Positions 1-9,425 of a stretch of DNA of 64,000 nucleotides are shown here, piece after piece. Position 1 is the stretch's first letter, and each line of letters opens with the position of its first letter. Origin of the DNA: Verrucomicrobiota bacterium (GTDB lineage: Bacteria; Verrucomicrobiota; Verrucomicrobiia; Opitutales; UBA953); NCBI GenBank assembly GCA_026397965.1, contig JAPLTU010000071.1:39304-103303 (forward strand). The letters are read 5' to 3'. The position numbers and the translations under genes were made by a program. A model generated the notes under the pieces. The model ran no database searches. It worked only from the letters and a program-made list of their open reading frames with translations, and was not told where the DNA came from.

Positions 1-74
1 TCCTCGGAATGCGCCGCAACCCCGAGCCGGAGGTAATGGTTGCCTTTGTAGTGGCGGTAAAGAGTCCAGGACAT
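1..74 (-). CDS. DUF1653-like protein, 5' fragment (gene continues beyond the left edge)
   Basis: Reverse complement of 1-74 reads ATG TCC TGG ... = MSWTLYRHYKGNHYLRLGVAAHSE. The YRHYKG..Y...G.A.HSE pattern matches my recollection of the DUF1653 family. It is absent from the ORF track because it is truncated. Confidence 0.4.
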   Translation of the reverse strand, partial: MSWTLYRHYKGNHYLRLGVAAHSE

Positions 75-186
75 GGCTACACAGGGGGCATGGTGACACG
101 GGGACACGCTGGCAAGGCTGTTGAACCAAACCCCTTGTCACCTTGCCCACGTGCCCGCATGGCCCTGGGCGGACAGCGTCCGCGCA

Positions 187-1536
187 CTACTTCGCCGCGC
201 CCCAATGCGCTGTGAAGGGGTGCAGGATAAAGAGCGGCTTGCCGACGACATCTGCCGCTGGCACTTCGCCCCAGCCGCGTGAGTCATAACTATTGGCCGA
301 ATTATCACCCATGGCGAAGAAATGCCCAGGCGTGACAGTATATTCAGCGTTCAGGGGTAAGGCATACCGGTAACCTCCGGCCTCCGGCAGATAACCGAAA
401 TAACCCCGGTCCATCGCCTGTCGGTTATTAAGGGCTACCGGTTCGGGCGAGGTCGGAGCTTTCCCGTCAATCAAGAGCTGCCCTTGCGAATTCACCATCA
501 GGCGCTGTCCCGGCACGCCGGCGATGCGCTTCACGTAATAATTTTGAGAAGGCCGGCCGTATTGATCAGCCAAGCCAGGAATATTGTTGGTCCGGAAAAC
601 GAAAGTATCTCCGCGCGAAGGCTCGACGAAGTGATAAGAAACCCGGTCCACGAAGAGCATATCGCCCGTCAGGATGTCGAAATTAAGGATAGGTTCGCCG
701 ACGTGGGCCTTGCGACCGGTCAGCAACATCAGACCCAAGGGACCGCGTTGAATGCGATTATCCGCGGCGGCCCGACGGAATACTTCCTGCCACCGATCCG
801 CATCCTGTTTGCGCAAGAGCAACTTGGCTTCGGCTGGGAAAAATGTCCGCAACAAGACGCCGTCGAAGCCGAAATCCGCGGGCATCGGAATCGTCTGGAT
901 GTTTGGTCCGATCAAAAGTTGATACTGGCTCTCGTTGCTCCGGAAAAAACCGCTGCCGAGGATTCCACTCCCGGGCACTGAATTGGGCGAACGCGGCATG
1001 AATTTGCGCGAGCCATCGGCATGATCGCTTTCCACTTCCATGATGGGGATGGCGATTTCACCTTCAAATTCCGCATCCAAGACATGCGTCCAGGTCCATT
1101 GCGACAGCTGCAGAGCCCGCTGGGCATAGCCGGGGATTTCGTCGGAAGGTTGGCGCACCTCGGCCGTCATGCCGTTATAAGTCGGCCACATCGAATTCGT
1201 CGGGATCTTGAACGGCTGCAGGAAGAAGCTCCGAATCGCACCGGCCACGATGGCGGCCATGATGATCATTTCGGTGTAATCCGTCCCCGCCGATACCGGA
1301 TAAATCTTGCCGCCGTTACGCGCCAACACGGCGTGAAAACGATTCAATAAAGCTTCGGTCTCGACCACTTCGCGCGGACGTAACTTGATATTAGCCCGGA
1401 CCAGCTCGGCCATTTCCAACTGCTCATTCAAGTCCTTGGCGGCGATGACATCCCGACGGTAAAGGACGACCTTCTCGGAAGATTCCAACAGCCCGCGGCC
1501 GATTTTGCGAAGCTTGCGACGATAGTAGAAGGACAT
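187..1536 (-). CDS. lepB: signal peptidase I
   Basis: 449-aa ORF with a TM segment IIMAAIVAGAI. It has the catalytic Ser box PTNSMWPT (SMxPT), YVKRIAGVPG, and GDNSANSYDSRGWG (GDNxxxSxDSR box E). Confidence 0.9.
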   Translation of the reverse strand: MSFYYRRKLRKIGRGLLESSEKVVLYRRDVIAAKDLNEQLEMAELVRANIKLRPREVVETEALLNRFHAVLARNGGKIYPVSAGTDYTEMIIMAAIVAGAIRSFFLQPFKIPTNSMWPTYNGMTAEVRQPSDEIPGYAQRALQLSQWTWTHVLDAEFEGEIAIPIMEVESDHADGSRKFMPRSPNSVPGSGILGSGFFRSNESQYQLLIGPNIQTIPMPADFGFDGVLLRTFFPAEAKLLLRKQDADRWQEVFRRAAADNRIQRGPLGLMLLTGRKAHVGEPILNFDILTGDMLFVDRVSYHFVEPSRGDTFVFRTNNIPGLADQYGRPSQNYYVKRIAGVPGQRLMVNSQGQLLIDGKAPTSPEPVALNNRQAMDRGYFGYLPEAGGYRYALPLNAEYTVTPGHFFAMGDNSANSYDSRGWGEVPAADVVGKPLFILHPFTAHWGAAK

Positions 1537-1606
1537 GAGGAGAGACCTAGGGTCAAGTTAGCGAAGCCCCCGCCAAGGGAAAGCCCAGAAATCGCCCAAA
1601 TAAGAC

Positions 1607-3406
1607 TTACCCCTCGTTCTTAAGAATCTTGATGAAAGCTTCCTGCGGGATGTCGACCTTGCCGATCTGCTTCATCCGCTTCTTGCCCTCCTTTTGCTTG
1701 TCGAGGAGCTTGCGCTTACGGCTGATGTCACCGCCGTAACACTTGGCGGTCACGTCCTTCCCAACGGAGCCAATGGTTTCGCGGGCGATAACCTTGGAAC
1801 CGACCGCCGCCTGAATGGCGATTTTGAAAAGCTGCCGAGGCAGGAGTTCCTTAAGCCTCTCGCACAGGTTGCGCCCGCGGCCTTCGGCCTTGGAAGCGTG
1901 AACAATCGAAGAGAAGGCATCGACCGGCTCTTCGTTGACGCGAATATCCATCTTCACGAGGTCGGAGGTGACATATTCGCCCAACTCATAATCCATCGAT
2001 CCATAACCGCGGGTGATGGACTTCATCCGATCGTTGAAATCGACGAGGATTTCGTTGAGCGGCAGGAGACAGACTAAAATCACGCGGTCGCCGTCGATCG
2101 TCTCGGTCCGCTCGCAGACACCGCGCTTCTCCTGCACCAAGGTCAGCATATCGCCAATCGAAGTTCCCGGAATATGAATATGAGCCCGGATGGTCGGCTC
2201 CTCGATGTGCTCGATGGCCGAAGGGTCCGGCATGACCACGGGGTTATCCAAAATGTGCTCGACGCCGTCGGTGGTGAAGACCTTGTAAACGACCGACGGG
2301 TAGGTCGAAAGAATGTCGAGATCGTACTCGCGGCGCAGACGCTCCTGGACGATTTCCATGTGCAAGAGACCCAAGAAGCCGCAACGGAAACCAAAGCCCA
2401 AGGCCGTCGAACTTTCCGCGGTATACGTCAGCGAGGAATCGTTAATCGCCAGTTTCGCCAGGGAGGTCTTCAGCTTTTCGTAATCTGCCGTGTCGAGGGG
2501 ATAGATGCCGCTGAATACCATTGGGCGGACTTCCTTAAAGCCAGGGACCGGCTCTTTGGCCGGATCTGCCGCCAAGGTGATGGTATCGCCAACTTTCACG
2601 TCTGCGACTTCCCGGATATTGATGACGATATAACCCACCGTTCCGGGGCCAAGTTCGTCCTGCGGCTTCATCTTCGGCGAAAAAATCCCCACTTCTTTGA
2701 TGACCGAACGCACCCCATTATACATGAGTTCGATGGTCTGGCCGGCCTTGAATGTGCCGGAGAAAACGCGGACGTAACTGATGACGCCTTTATAAGAATC
2801 GAAAAGCGAATCGAAGACCAACGCGCGATGATGTGGATATTCGGACCAGCGAGGCGGCGGTACGCGCTTGATGATCGCCGCGAAGATTTCGTCGATACCG
2901 ATGCCGGACTTACCCGATGCCAAGACCGCGTCTTGAGCTGGGATGGTCAAAATATCTTCGACCTGCCGCCGGGCCTCTTCGGGACGAGCACTGGGCAGGT
3001 CGACCTTGTTAATGACCGGAACAATCTCCAACCCTTGGTTCATCGCTAACGTCGCATTGGCGACCGTCTGGGCTTCGACCCCCTGGGAAGCGTCGATCAG
3101 CAAGACCGCCCCCTCACAGGCGGCCAAGGAGCGCGAAACTTCATAAGCGAAGTCCACGTGTCCGGGGGTATCGATGAGATTTAAAATATACTGCTTACCA
3201 TCGGGAGCCGTAAAATTCATCGTCACCGGGTGACACTTGATTGTAATGCCCTTTTCACGTTCGAGATCCATCGCGTCGAGCAACTGTTCCTTCATCTGCC
3301 GCTTTTCGATGGTCTTGGTATGCTCTAACAAGCGGTCGGAAAGCGTCGTCTTGCCGTGGTCGACGTGCGCGATGATGCAGAAATTGCGGATGTGGTCTAA
3401 GGACAC
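1607..3406 (-). CDS. lepA: translation elongation factor 4 (LepA)
   Basis: 599 aa with GTPase motifs IIAHVDHGKTTLSDRLL, DTPGHVDF and NKVDL. It has the LepA-type C-terminus and the classic lepA-lepB arrangement. Confidence 0.97.
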   Translation of the reverse strand: MSLDHIRNFCIIAHVDHGKTTLSDRLLEHTKTIEKRQMKEQLLDAMDLEREKGITIKCHPVTMNFTAPDGKQYILNLIDTPGHVDFAYEVSRSLAACEGAVLLIDASQGVEAQTVANATLAMNQGLEIVPVINKVDLPSARPEEARRQVEDILTIPAQDAVLASGKSGIGIDEIFAAIIKRVPPPRWSEYPHHRALVFDSLFDSYKGVISYVRVFSGTFKAGQTIELMYNGVRSVIKEVGIFSPKMKPQDELGPGTVGYIVINIREVADVKVGDTITLAADPAKEPVPGFKEVRPMVFSGIYPLDTADYEKLKTSLAKLAINDSSLTYTAESSTALGFGFRCGFLGLLHMEIVQERLRREYDLDILSTYPSVVYKVFTTDGVEHILDNPVVMPDPSAIEHIEEPTIRAHIHIPGTSIGDMLTLVQEKRGVCERTETIDGDRVILVCLLPLNEILVDFNDRMKSITRGYGSMDYELGEYVTSDLVKMDIRVNEEPVDAFSSIVHASKAEGRGRNLCERLKELLPRQLFKIAIQAAVGSKVIARETIGSVGKDVTAKCYGGDISRKRKLLDKQKEGKKRMKQIGKVDIPQEAFIKILKNEG

Positions 3407-3491
3407 GGTAAGGAGAGAAATTCGACGGGAAAGGGTGTAATAGGACTACGGATGGGGGGCTTGTCCAGCGTTAGCCCCATCAAAGGGAGGA

Positions 3492-4400
3492 TTAGGCGGG
3501 AATATCAGCAAACTCGGACAAGGAAGCCACCGGAGCCTCGGGGGCGGAACGCTTCATCATCCCCGCCAAGACGCCACCGGGTCCACATTCGTAAAACTGC
3601 GTCACCCCCGTAGCCGCCGCGGCCTTGCAATCATCCTCCCATAGCACCGAGGAGACGACTTGCTTGACCAACGCCTCCCGCAGCGCCGCCGGCTCGGACA
3701 AGGAAGCTCCCGTGGTGTTCGAGTAGACCGTGAACTGCGGACGCTTAAATTCGATACCCTGCAAGTAAGCTTCGAATGCTTTGCGCGCCGGCTCCATGAG
3801 GCGGCTATGATAGGCGCCGGCGACAACCAAGGGCTTGACCAGCTTAAAGGGGCCAAATTCTTTTGCGCGCGCGACGGCTTGGGTGATCTTTTCCGCATCG
3901 CCCGAAATCACGACCTGCCCGGGACAATTGAAATTCGCGGCGTCGATATCAAAGGCGGCGCAGAGTTTTGCGATATCTTCGCGCGTCCCGCCGATGACTG
4001 CGGCCATCCCACCCTTGGTCTGATCGCAGGCGAGCTGCATGAGCCGGCCACGTTCGGCGACGACTTGCAGTCCGGTTTCAAAATCCCAAACCCCGGCGAA
4101 GGCATAAGCCGTCAATTCGCCCAGTGATAGGCCCAAGCAGGCCTTAAGATCGTTAAGCTTTCCCCGTTCGCGCAAAATCTGCGCAATCGCATATCCCTGC
4201 ACGTAGAGAGCAGGCTGACAGACTCGCGTTTCCGTCAACACCTCGACGGGACCTTCGAAACAGACTTGCTTCAAATCGAAGGGCAAGACCTTCGCCGCGC
4301 GATCATAAAGCGCCTTGGCGATGGGCGAACCTTCGTAGAGAGATTTCCCCATGCCGACGGCCTGGGCACCCTGACCAGAAAAAAGCAAAGCGGTGGACAT
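3492..4400 (-). CDS. fabD: malonyl-CoA:ACP transacylase
   Basis: 302 aa with LLFSGQGAQAVGMG at the N-terminus, the active-site GLSLGE (GxSxG), and a later GAYHS motif. Confidence 0.93.
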   Translation of the reverse strand: MSTALLFSGQGAQAVGMGKSLYEGSPIAKALYDRAAKVLPFDLKQVCFEGPVEVLTETRVCQPALYVQGYAIAQILRERGKLNDLKACLGLSLGELTAYAFAGVWDFETGLQVVAERGRLMQLACDQTKGGMAAVIGGTREDIAKLCAAFDIDAANFNCPGQVVISGDAEKITQAVARAKEFGPFKLVKPLVVAGAYHSRLMEPARKAFEAYLQGIEFKRPQFTVYSNTTGASLSEPAALREALVKQVVSSVLWEDDCKAAAATGVTQFYECGPGGVLAGMMKRSAPEAPVASLSEFADIPA

Positions 4401-4534
4401 ACCCCATGGAAGGAGGGAAAATCAGGCCAAGGGTCAAGGGTAAGAGCGTAACCCAACCCACGATCGAAACACCCAAAGCGCTTTAAAACAAAGCAGTATG
4501 GCCAAAATGTCGGCTGCCGTGTTTCGACCAGCTG

Positions 4535-4669
4535 TTACCGACTAATCTTTTTTTGGCGCTTGATCACGACCACTGCCAATAAAAGAACCCCGATAAAAAT
4601 GCCGTAGGTGGAAGGTTCGGGAATACTGCTCATGAACCTCATCTTATCAACCAAAGTGTCTCCGTTCAT
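4535..4669 (-). CDS. 44-aa mini-ORF consisting almost only of a PEP-CTERM-type sorting tail
   Basis: My own translation of the minus strand gives MNGDTLVDKMRFMSSIPEPSTYGIFIGVLLLAVVVIKRQKKISR*. That is a PEP(S/T) motif, a hydrophobic helix and a basic cluster. An in-frame TGA lies two codons upstream of the ATG. The ORF is below the track's 60-aa cut-off. Confidence 0.35.
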   Translation of the reverse strand: MNGDTLVDKMRFMSSIPEPSTYGIFIGVLLLAVVVIKRQKKISR

Positions 4670-4764
4670 CAGTCAACCCCCTTTAAGCTGCCCAAAGCAC
4701 CTTCATGGAAAAGCCTTTTATTGACCCTTCGGTCTCGTGCCCCTACCCCATTGCTTCCTTTCCC

Positions 4765-6306
4765 ATGCCCATCGCACTCCTCTCCGTCAGCGACAAAACA
4801 GGCCTCCTGCCCTTCGCCCAAGCCCTCGTCAAAGACCACGGCTATAAGCTCCTCTCCACCGGGGGCACCTCGAAGATGTTACGCGATGCCGGACTGCCGG
4901 TCACCGATGTCAGCGAGCACACGGGCTTCCCGGAAATCATGGAAGGCCGCGTCAAAACCTTACACCCGAAAGTCCACGGCGGCCTGCTCTGCCGGCGCGA
5001 TTCCTCAGAACACCTCAACGAAGCCAAGAAGCATGGGATCGACCTCATCGATCTCGTGGTCGTCAATCTCTACCCCTTTGAAGCCACGGTCGCCCAACCG
5101 AACTGCTCGTTTGAAGACGCCATCGAGAACATCGACATCGGCGGCCCCTCCATGCTGCGCAGCGCGGCTAAAAATCACGCCTCCGTTTCCGTGGTCACCG
5201 ACCCGTCCGATTATGAACGCGTCTTGGCGGCGATGAAAAACCCTGAGGCCCTCGCCGAACTTCGTCGCGAACTCGCCCTCAAGGTCTTCCAGCGCACTTC
5301 GGCCTATGATGCGGCCATCGCTAATTACCTGGAAGCACAGACCCAACCGGGAATGGGCAACGTGCTGGGTCTACCCTCCCGCTTCACGACCACCCTGTCG
5401 CTCGCCCAACGCCTCCGCTACGGCGAAAACCCCCACCAACAAGCCGCGCTTTACGGCTCGTTCCACGAAGCCTTCGAACAACTCCAAGGCAAAGAGCTGA
5501 GCTATAACAATATCTTAGATATCACGGCGGCGACCTACCTGATCGGGGAATTCGAGCGCCCGACGATTTCCATCCTGAAGCACACCAACCCCTGCGGCGT
5601 GGCCTCCGCCGACACCTTGGTCGAAGCCTGGCATAAGGCCTTCGAAACCGACCGCCAGGCCCCCTTCGGCGGCATCATCGTCGCCAATCGCACCGTCGAC
5701 AAAGCCCTGGCCGAAGCCATCGCCGAGATTTTCTCCGAAGTGATCATCGCTCCGGAATTCGACGCCGACGCCCTCGCCATCTTCGGCAAGAAAAAGAACC
5801 TGCGGCTCATGCGTGCCAAAGTGGGCCTCCGCGCCGATACCTTGCGCGAAGTCCGCGCGGTCATCGGCGGCGTCCTCGTCCAAGACCGCGACCAGAAACC
5901 CGTCACGACGCGCGATTTCAAGGTCGTCACGAAACGTCAGCCGACGGCCGACGAACTGACGGCGATGCTCTTCGGTTGGCGCGTCGTGCGCCACGTGAAA
6001 TCTAACGCCATCGTCTACGCAGGCAAAGAGCGCACGCTCGGCGTCGGCGCCGGCCAGATGTCGCGCATCGATTCTTCGCGTATCGCCATTTGGAAAGCCG
6101 GCGAAGCCAAACTGGGGCTTACCGGTTCGGCCGTCTGCTCGGATGCCTTCTTCCCTTTTCCGGACGGATTGATCGCTGCGGCCGACGCCGGAGCTTCCTG
6201 CGCTATCCAACCAGGCGGCTCGGTGAAGGACCCCGAAGTCATCGCCGCCGCCGACGCTCGTGGCATGGCGATGATCTTCACCGGCATGCGGCACTTTAAG
6301 CACTAA
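4765..6306 (+). CDS. purH: bifunctional AICAR transformylase / IMP cyclohydrolase
   Basis: [14 protein letters not shown]..., STGGTSK, and a C-terminal FTGMRHFKH. The track ORF starts at 4705, but the conserved N-terminus begins at the ATG at 4765. Confidence 0.95.
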   Translation: MPIALLSVSDKTGLLPFAQALVKDHGYKLLSTGGTSKMLRDAGLPVTDVSEHTGFPEIMEGRVKTLHPKVHGGLLCRRDSSEHLNEAKKHGIDLIDLVVVNLYPFEATVAQPNCSFEDAIENIDIGGPSMLRSAAKNHASVSVVTDPSDYERVLAAMKNPEALAELRRELALKVFQRTSAYDAAIANYLEAQTQPGMGNVLGLPSRFTTTLSLAQRLRYGENPHQQAALYGSFHEAFEQLQGKELSYNNILDITAATYLIGEFERPTISILKHTNPCGVASADTLVEAWHKAFETDRQAPFGGIIVANRTVDKALAEAIAEIFSEVIIAPEFDADALAIFGKKKNLRLMRAKVGLRADTLREVRAVIGGVLVQDRDQKPVTTRDFKVVTKRQPTADELTAMLFGWRVVRHVKSNAIVYAGKERTLGVGAGQMSRIDSSRIAIWKAGEAKLGLTGSAVCSDAFFPFPDGLIAAADAGASCAIQPGGSVKDPEVIAAADARGMAMIFTGMRHFKH

Positions 6307-6321
6307 GCGCAGGGACCCAAA

Positions 6322-6433
6322 GGTAGGGGCGCGACTGCGTCGCGTCCGTTGAAAAAATACCGTAAGACTAGCCACCAGGAATTAACGACCTAACTCGCTT
6401 GGCGAACGGGCGCGACTGCGTCGCGCCCCTACC
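6322..6433. repeat. REP doublet (REPIN/BIME-like), copy 1
   Basis: Left arm GGTAGGGGCGCGACTGCGTCGCGTCCGT and inverted right arm ACGGGCGCGACTGCGTCGCGCCCCTACC flank a ~56-bp spacer. The element starts 16 nt after the purH stop. Confidence 0.85.
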
Positions 6434-6496
6434 CAAAGAATTCATGCGGCAGCTCCATCACCCCGTGTCACCGTGTCACCTTGCCCACTTTCCCCC

Positions 6497-7393
6497 TTAG
6501 AGTTTAATCCCAATCTTCTCCAGCAAACGGGCGAGGTCGTCATCACTACTAAAAGGAATCGTGATGCTGCCCTTGGTGCCCTTGCGGACGACGCTAACCG
6601 GGGAAGAAAAGTGTGAAGTTAGCCGCTTTTGCACATCCGCGACGACCGTCTTTTCCGTTCGCTGGCGATCGCTTTTTTTTCCAGCGGCCAAAGTTTTAAC
6701 TTCGGCTTCCGTCGCCCGGACGGACAAGCCTTTCTCGATAATCAGCCGCGCAATCTGAATGCGTTGCGTGGGTTGTTCCAGACCCAGAAGAGCCTTCGCG
6801 TGGCCAGAGGAAAGTTGACCCTTGCTCAAATAGCCCAAAATCTCCCGGTCCAGTTGCAACAAGCGCACGGAATTCGCTACGGTCGCCCGCGGCTTGCCGA
6901 TCCGATCTGCCACCGCTTCCTGAGTCAGGCTGAAGTCGCGCATCAAAGAGGCGACGCCCAAGGCTTCGTCGACCGGATTCAGATCTGCCCGTTGCAGATT
7001 TTCGACCAACGCCAAGACGGCGCTCGCCGCATCGCTCGCTTCGATCACACGGGCGGGTATCGTCTTTTGCCCCAAGTGTTTAAAGGCACGCAGACGGCGC
7101 TCGCCGGCGATCAGTTCAAATCCGTCCTTAACCTTACGGACGACGATAGGCTGCAAAAGGCCTTCCGAACGAATGGATTCGGCTAATTCCTTGACGGCCC
7201 CTTCATCGAAATCGCGGCGGGGCTGACGGGGATTAGGAATAATCGTGCCGACGGCTAGTTCGATAAGCGTCAAACCAGGAACGGCAGACACCGCGGCGAC
7301 GGGCGCGATGGCCGGAACCGCTGGCTTGTTCAAGCCGCCACCGATGAGATTGCCGAGACCGCGGCCCAGAGATTTCTTTGGAGGAGTTGCCAT
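6497..7393 (-). CDS. parB: chromosome partitioning protein ParB
   Basis: 298 aa with IPNPRQPRRDFDE, GLLQPIVVR, LIAGERRLRA, and the HTH segment LTQEAVADRIGKPRATVANSVRLL. Confidence 0.9.
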   Translation of the reverse strand: MATPPKKSLGRGLGNLIGGGLNKPAVPAIAPVAAVSAVPGLTLIELAVGTIIPNPRQPRRDFDEGAVKELAESIRSEGLLQPIVVRKVKDGFELIAGERRLRAFKHLGQKTIPARVIEASDAASAVLALVENLQRADLNPVDEALGVASLMRDFSLTQEAVADRIGKPRATVANSVRLLQLDREILGYLSKGQLSSGHAKALLGLEQPTQRIQIARLIIEKGLSVRATEAEVKTLAAGKKSDRQRTEKTVVADVQKRLTSHFSSPVSVVRKGTKGSITIPFSSDDDLARLLEKIGIKL

Positions 7394-7399
7394 GTAAGA

Positions 7400-7993
7400 T
7401 TAGCGAGCGGCGGCGTCGGCTTGAGGAATGAAGATTTCGACATCCGCCCGAAGCGCCGCAGCGCTGGAAAGTTTATTGGCGATGATAATCCATTCCGCCT
7501 TGGAGTTATGCAGGCGGGCGAGCTTCGTCACTGTGTCCCCGGACTTCACCCGAACCTTCGTGCCCGTCCGCGGCATCTCCGCCGGAAAGCCGTCATCCGA
7601 GGCGGCCGGGGCGGCATTGGTCGCGACGGCCGTCACCGCAGGCGTGGCGGCACGAACGGGAGCGGCGCCGGAAGGCTTCCCGAGCGCCGCGTTCACCTGA
7701 CGTGTCAGCTCCGCGAGCGCCCGGTCGATGTCGGCCGTCTGTTGTTTTAAGCGACGGTCAACTTCATTCAATGTTTCGGCGCGAAGCTTAGCGTTGGTTT
7801 CGGCGCTGGATGCCGACTGTCCTAGGCCGGCTTTTTGACGAGCTACTGCTTCGCGTAAATCTGAGTTCTCTAACTTTAATTTTTCCACTTCCGTCCGTAA
7901 CTCCGCCAAATCCTGCTGCATCCCGGCGAGCTGGGTATTCTGGGCAAGCAGGGGAGTTAAACCGACCCAAAGCAGGGCGAGACTGAAACGCAT
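7400..7993 (-). CDS. secreted coiled-coil protein with a C-terminal LysM domain
   Basis: Signal peptide MRFSLALLWVGLTPLLAQ, using the ATG at 7993 (the track ORF extends to 8041). Heptad-like segment LAELRTEVEKLKLENSDLREAV. LysM-like segment VRVKSGDTVTKLARLHNSKAEWIIIANKL. It ends 6 nt before the parB start. Confidence 0.7.
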   Translation of the reverse strand: MRFSLALLWVGLTPLLAQNTQLAGMQQDLAELRTEVEKLKLENSDLREAVARQKAGLGQSASSAETNAKLRAETLNEVDRRLKQQTADIDRALAELTRQVNAALGKPSGAAPVRAATPAVTAVATNAAPAASDDGFPAEMPRTGTKVRVKSGDTVTKLARLHNSKAEWIIIANKLSSAAALRADVEIFIPQADAAAR

Positions 7994-8179
7994 GAGCCCA
8001 GCAAAACACCCCACGCGTGGGAGGGCAAGGAGTTGCTCCAAGTCTGGGGGTACGAGCCTATGGACAGGTCCGAACGTCCCCTCTAAAACCCAGATTAATC
8101 CCGGGCCCAGACCCTCCCCCCGTTTGGTTTATATTTTAACGCTGTCACCGGCTCCCGCCCCGCCCTACCTTAACGTGGT

Positions 8180-9256
8180 ATGTCCAAGGTCCTCGTAGCC
8201 CTCTCGGGCGGCGTTGATAGCGCCGTGGCCGCCCTTTTGCTGAAGCAACAGGGTCATGAGGTGCATGCCGCCTACTTTCGTACCTGGATGAACGAGGAAG
8301 GCCTGCCCTTCCCCGGCGAATGCCCTTGGGAGGACGATGTCCGCAACGCCCAAGCCGTTGCCGACCATCTTAGCCTGCCCTTCCAGATCATCGACCTCGT
8401 CGAAGATTACAAACGCACCGTCGTCGAATACTTAGTCGACGGCTACCGTCGCGGCCTGACCCCAAACCCGGATATCGTTTGCAACCGTGAGATGAAGTTC
8501 GGCGTCTTCCTCCGGCGAGCCCTGGCCGAAGGGTATGACAACATCGCCACCGGACACTACGCTCGGCGCCGCGAAAACACGGATGGCAGCTTTGATTTAC
8601 TCGAGGGCCTCGACCCTAACAAAGATCAGTCCTACTTCCTTGCCCTCCTCCGCCAAGAACAACTCGCGAAAGCTATTTTTCCGATCGGGGAAATGCTTAA
8701 GCCTGAAGTCCGCCGTCTCGCCACCGAAGCTCGCCTACCCAACGCCGAACGCAAAGACAGCCAAGGCATCTGCTTCTTAGGGCAAGTGCCCGTGCAAGAT
8801 TTTCTCGAACGGCACATCCCCGATGCGCCCGGCCCCGTCATCAATGCCGCTGGCAAAACCATCGGACAACATCGCGGACTCCATCGCTACACCATCGGGC
8901 AGCGCAAAGGCATCGGACTGCCCTCCAACACGGACCACGAATATTTCGTCGTCGTGAAGAAAGATTTTACGACCAACACCCTGCACGTTGCCTTCGACAA
9001 ACCTGGCACCGCCGGACTTTACACCGATCACGTTCGGGCCAATGCCTTCAGCTGGATCAATCAGCCCATCTCGGACGAGCAGGACATCCTCGCCCGGGTC
9101 CGCTATCGCGACGCGGCCACGCCCGCCCATTTCAAGCCTACGACAGACGGTACCGTGGAACTTGATTTTAAACTGACGCAACGCGGCCTCGCCCCCGGGC
9201 AAGTCGTCGCAATCTATCATGACCGCGTTCTGATGGGCGGGGGAGTGTTTATTTAA
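8180..9256 (+). CDS. mnmA: tRNA 2-thiouridine(34) synthase
   Basis: PP-loop VLVALSGGVDSAVAA, TGHYAR, and DSQGICFLG. Length 358 aa. Confidence 0.95.
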   Translation: MSKVLVALSGGVDSAVAALLLKQQGHEVHAAYFRTWMNEEGLPFPGECPWEDDVRNAQAVADHLSLPFQIIDLVEDYKRTVVEYLVDGYRRGLTPNPDIVCNREMKFGVFLRRALAEGYDNIATGHYARRRENTDGSFDLLEGLDPNKDQSYFLALLRQEQLAKAIFPIGEMLKPEVRRLATEARLPNAERKDSQGICFLGQVPVQDFLERHIPDAPGPVINAAGKTIGQHRGLHRYTIGQRKGIGLPSNTDHEYFVVVKKDFTTNTLHVAFDKPGTAGLYTDHVRANAFSWINQPISDEQDILARVRYRDAATPAHFKPTTDGTVELDFKLTQRGLAPGQVVAIYHDRVLMGGGVFI

Positions 9257-9258
9257 GA

Positions 9259-9375
9259 GGTAGGGGCGCGACTGCGTCGCGTCCGTTCGCAGATTAGCCC
9301 TTATCGAGACGGGCAGGCTTGCTTAACCGTTCAACGTTCGTCCGCCCACGGACGCGACGCAGTCGCGCCCCTACC
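9259..9375. repeat. REP doublet (REPIN/BIME-like), copy 2
   Basis: GGTAGGGGCGCGACTGCGTCGCGTCCGT ... ACGGACGCGACGCAGTCGCGCCCCTACC. The element starts 2 nt after the mnmA stop. Confidence 0.85.
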
Positions 9376-9425
9376 CCATTACCTCGCAACCTTGACCTTA
9401 TCCGGTTTGTCCAGACCTTCATCCC

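Noticed and set aside
5986-6004. parS-like sequence GTGCGCCACGTGAAATCT
   Set aside because: Only the central CACGTGAAA matches. About four mismatches to TGTTNCACGTGAAACA remain, and it lies inside purH coding sequence.
5515-6375. 286-aa minus-strand ORF
   Set aside because: It is antisense to purH and extends into the REP doublet. It is a shadow ORF.
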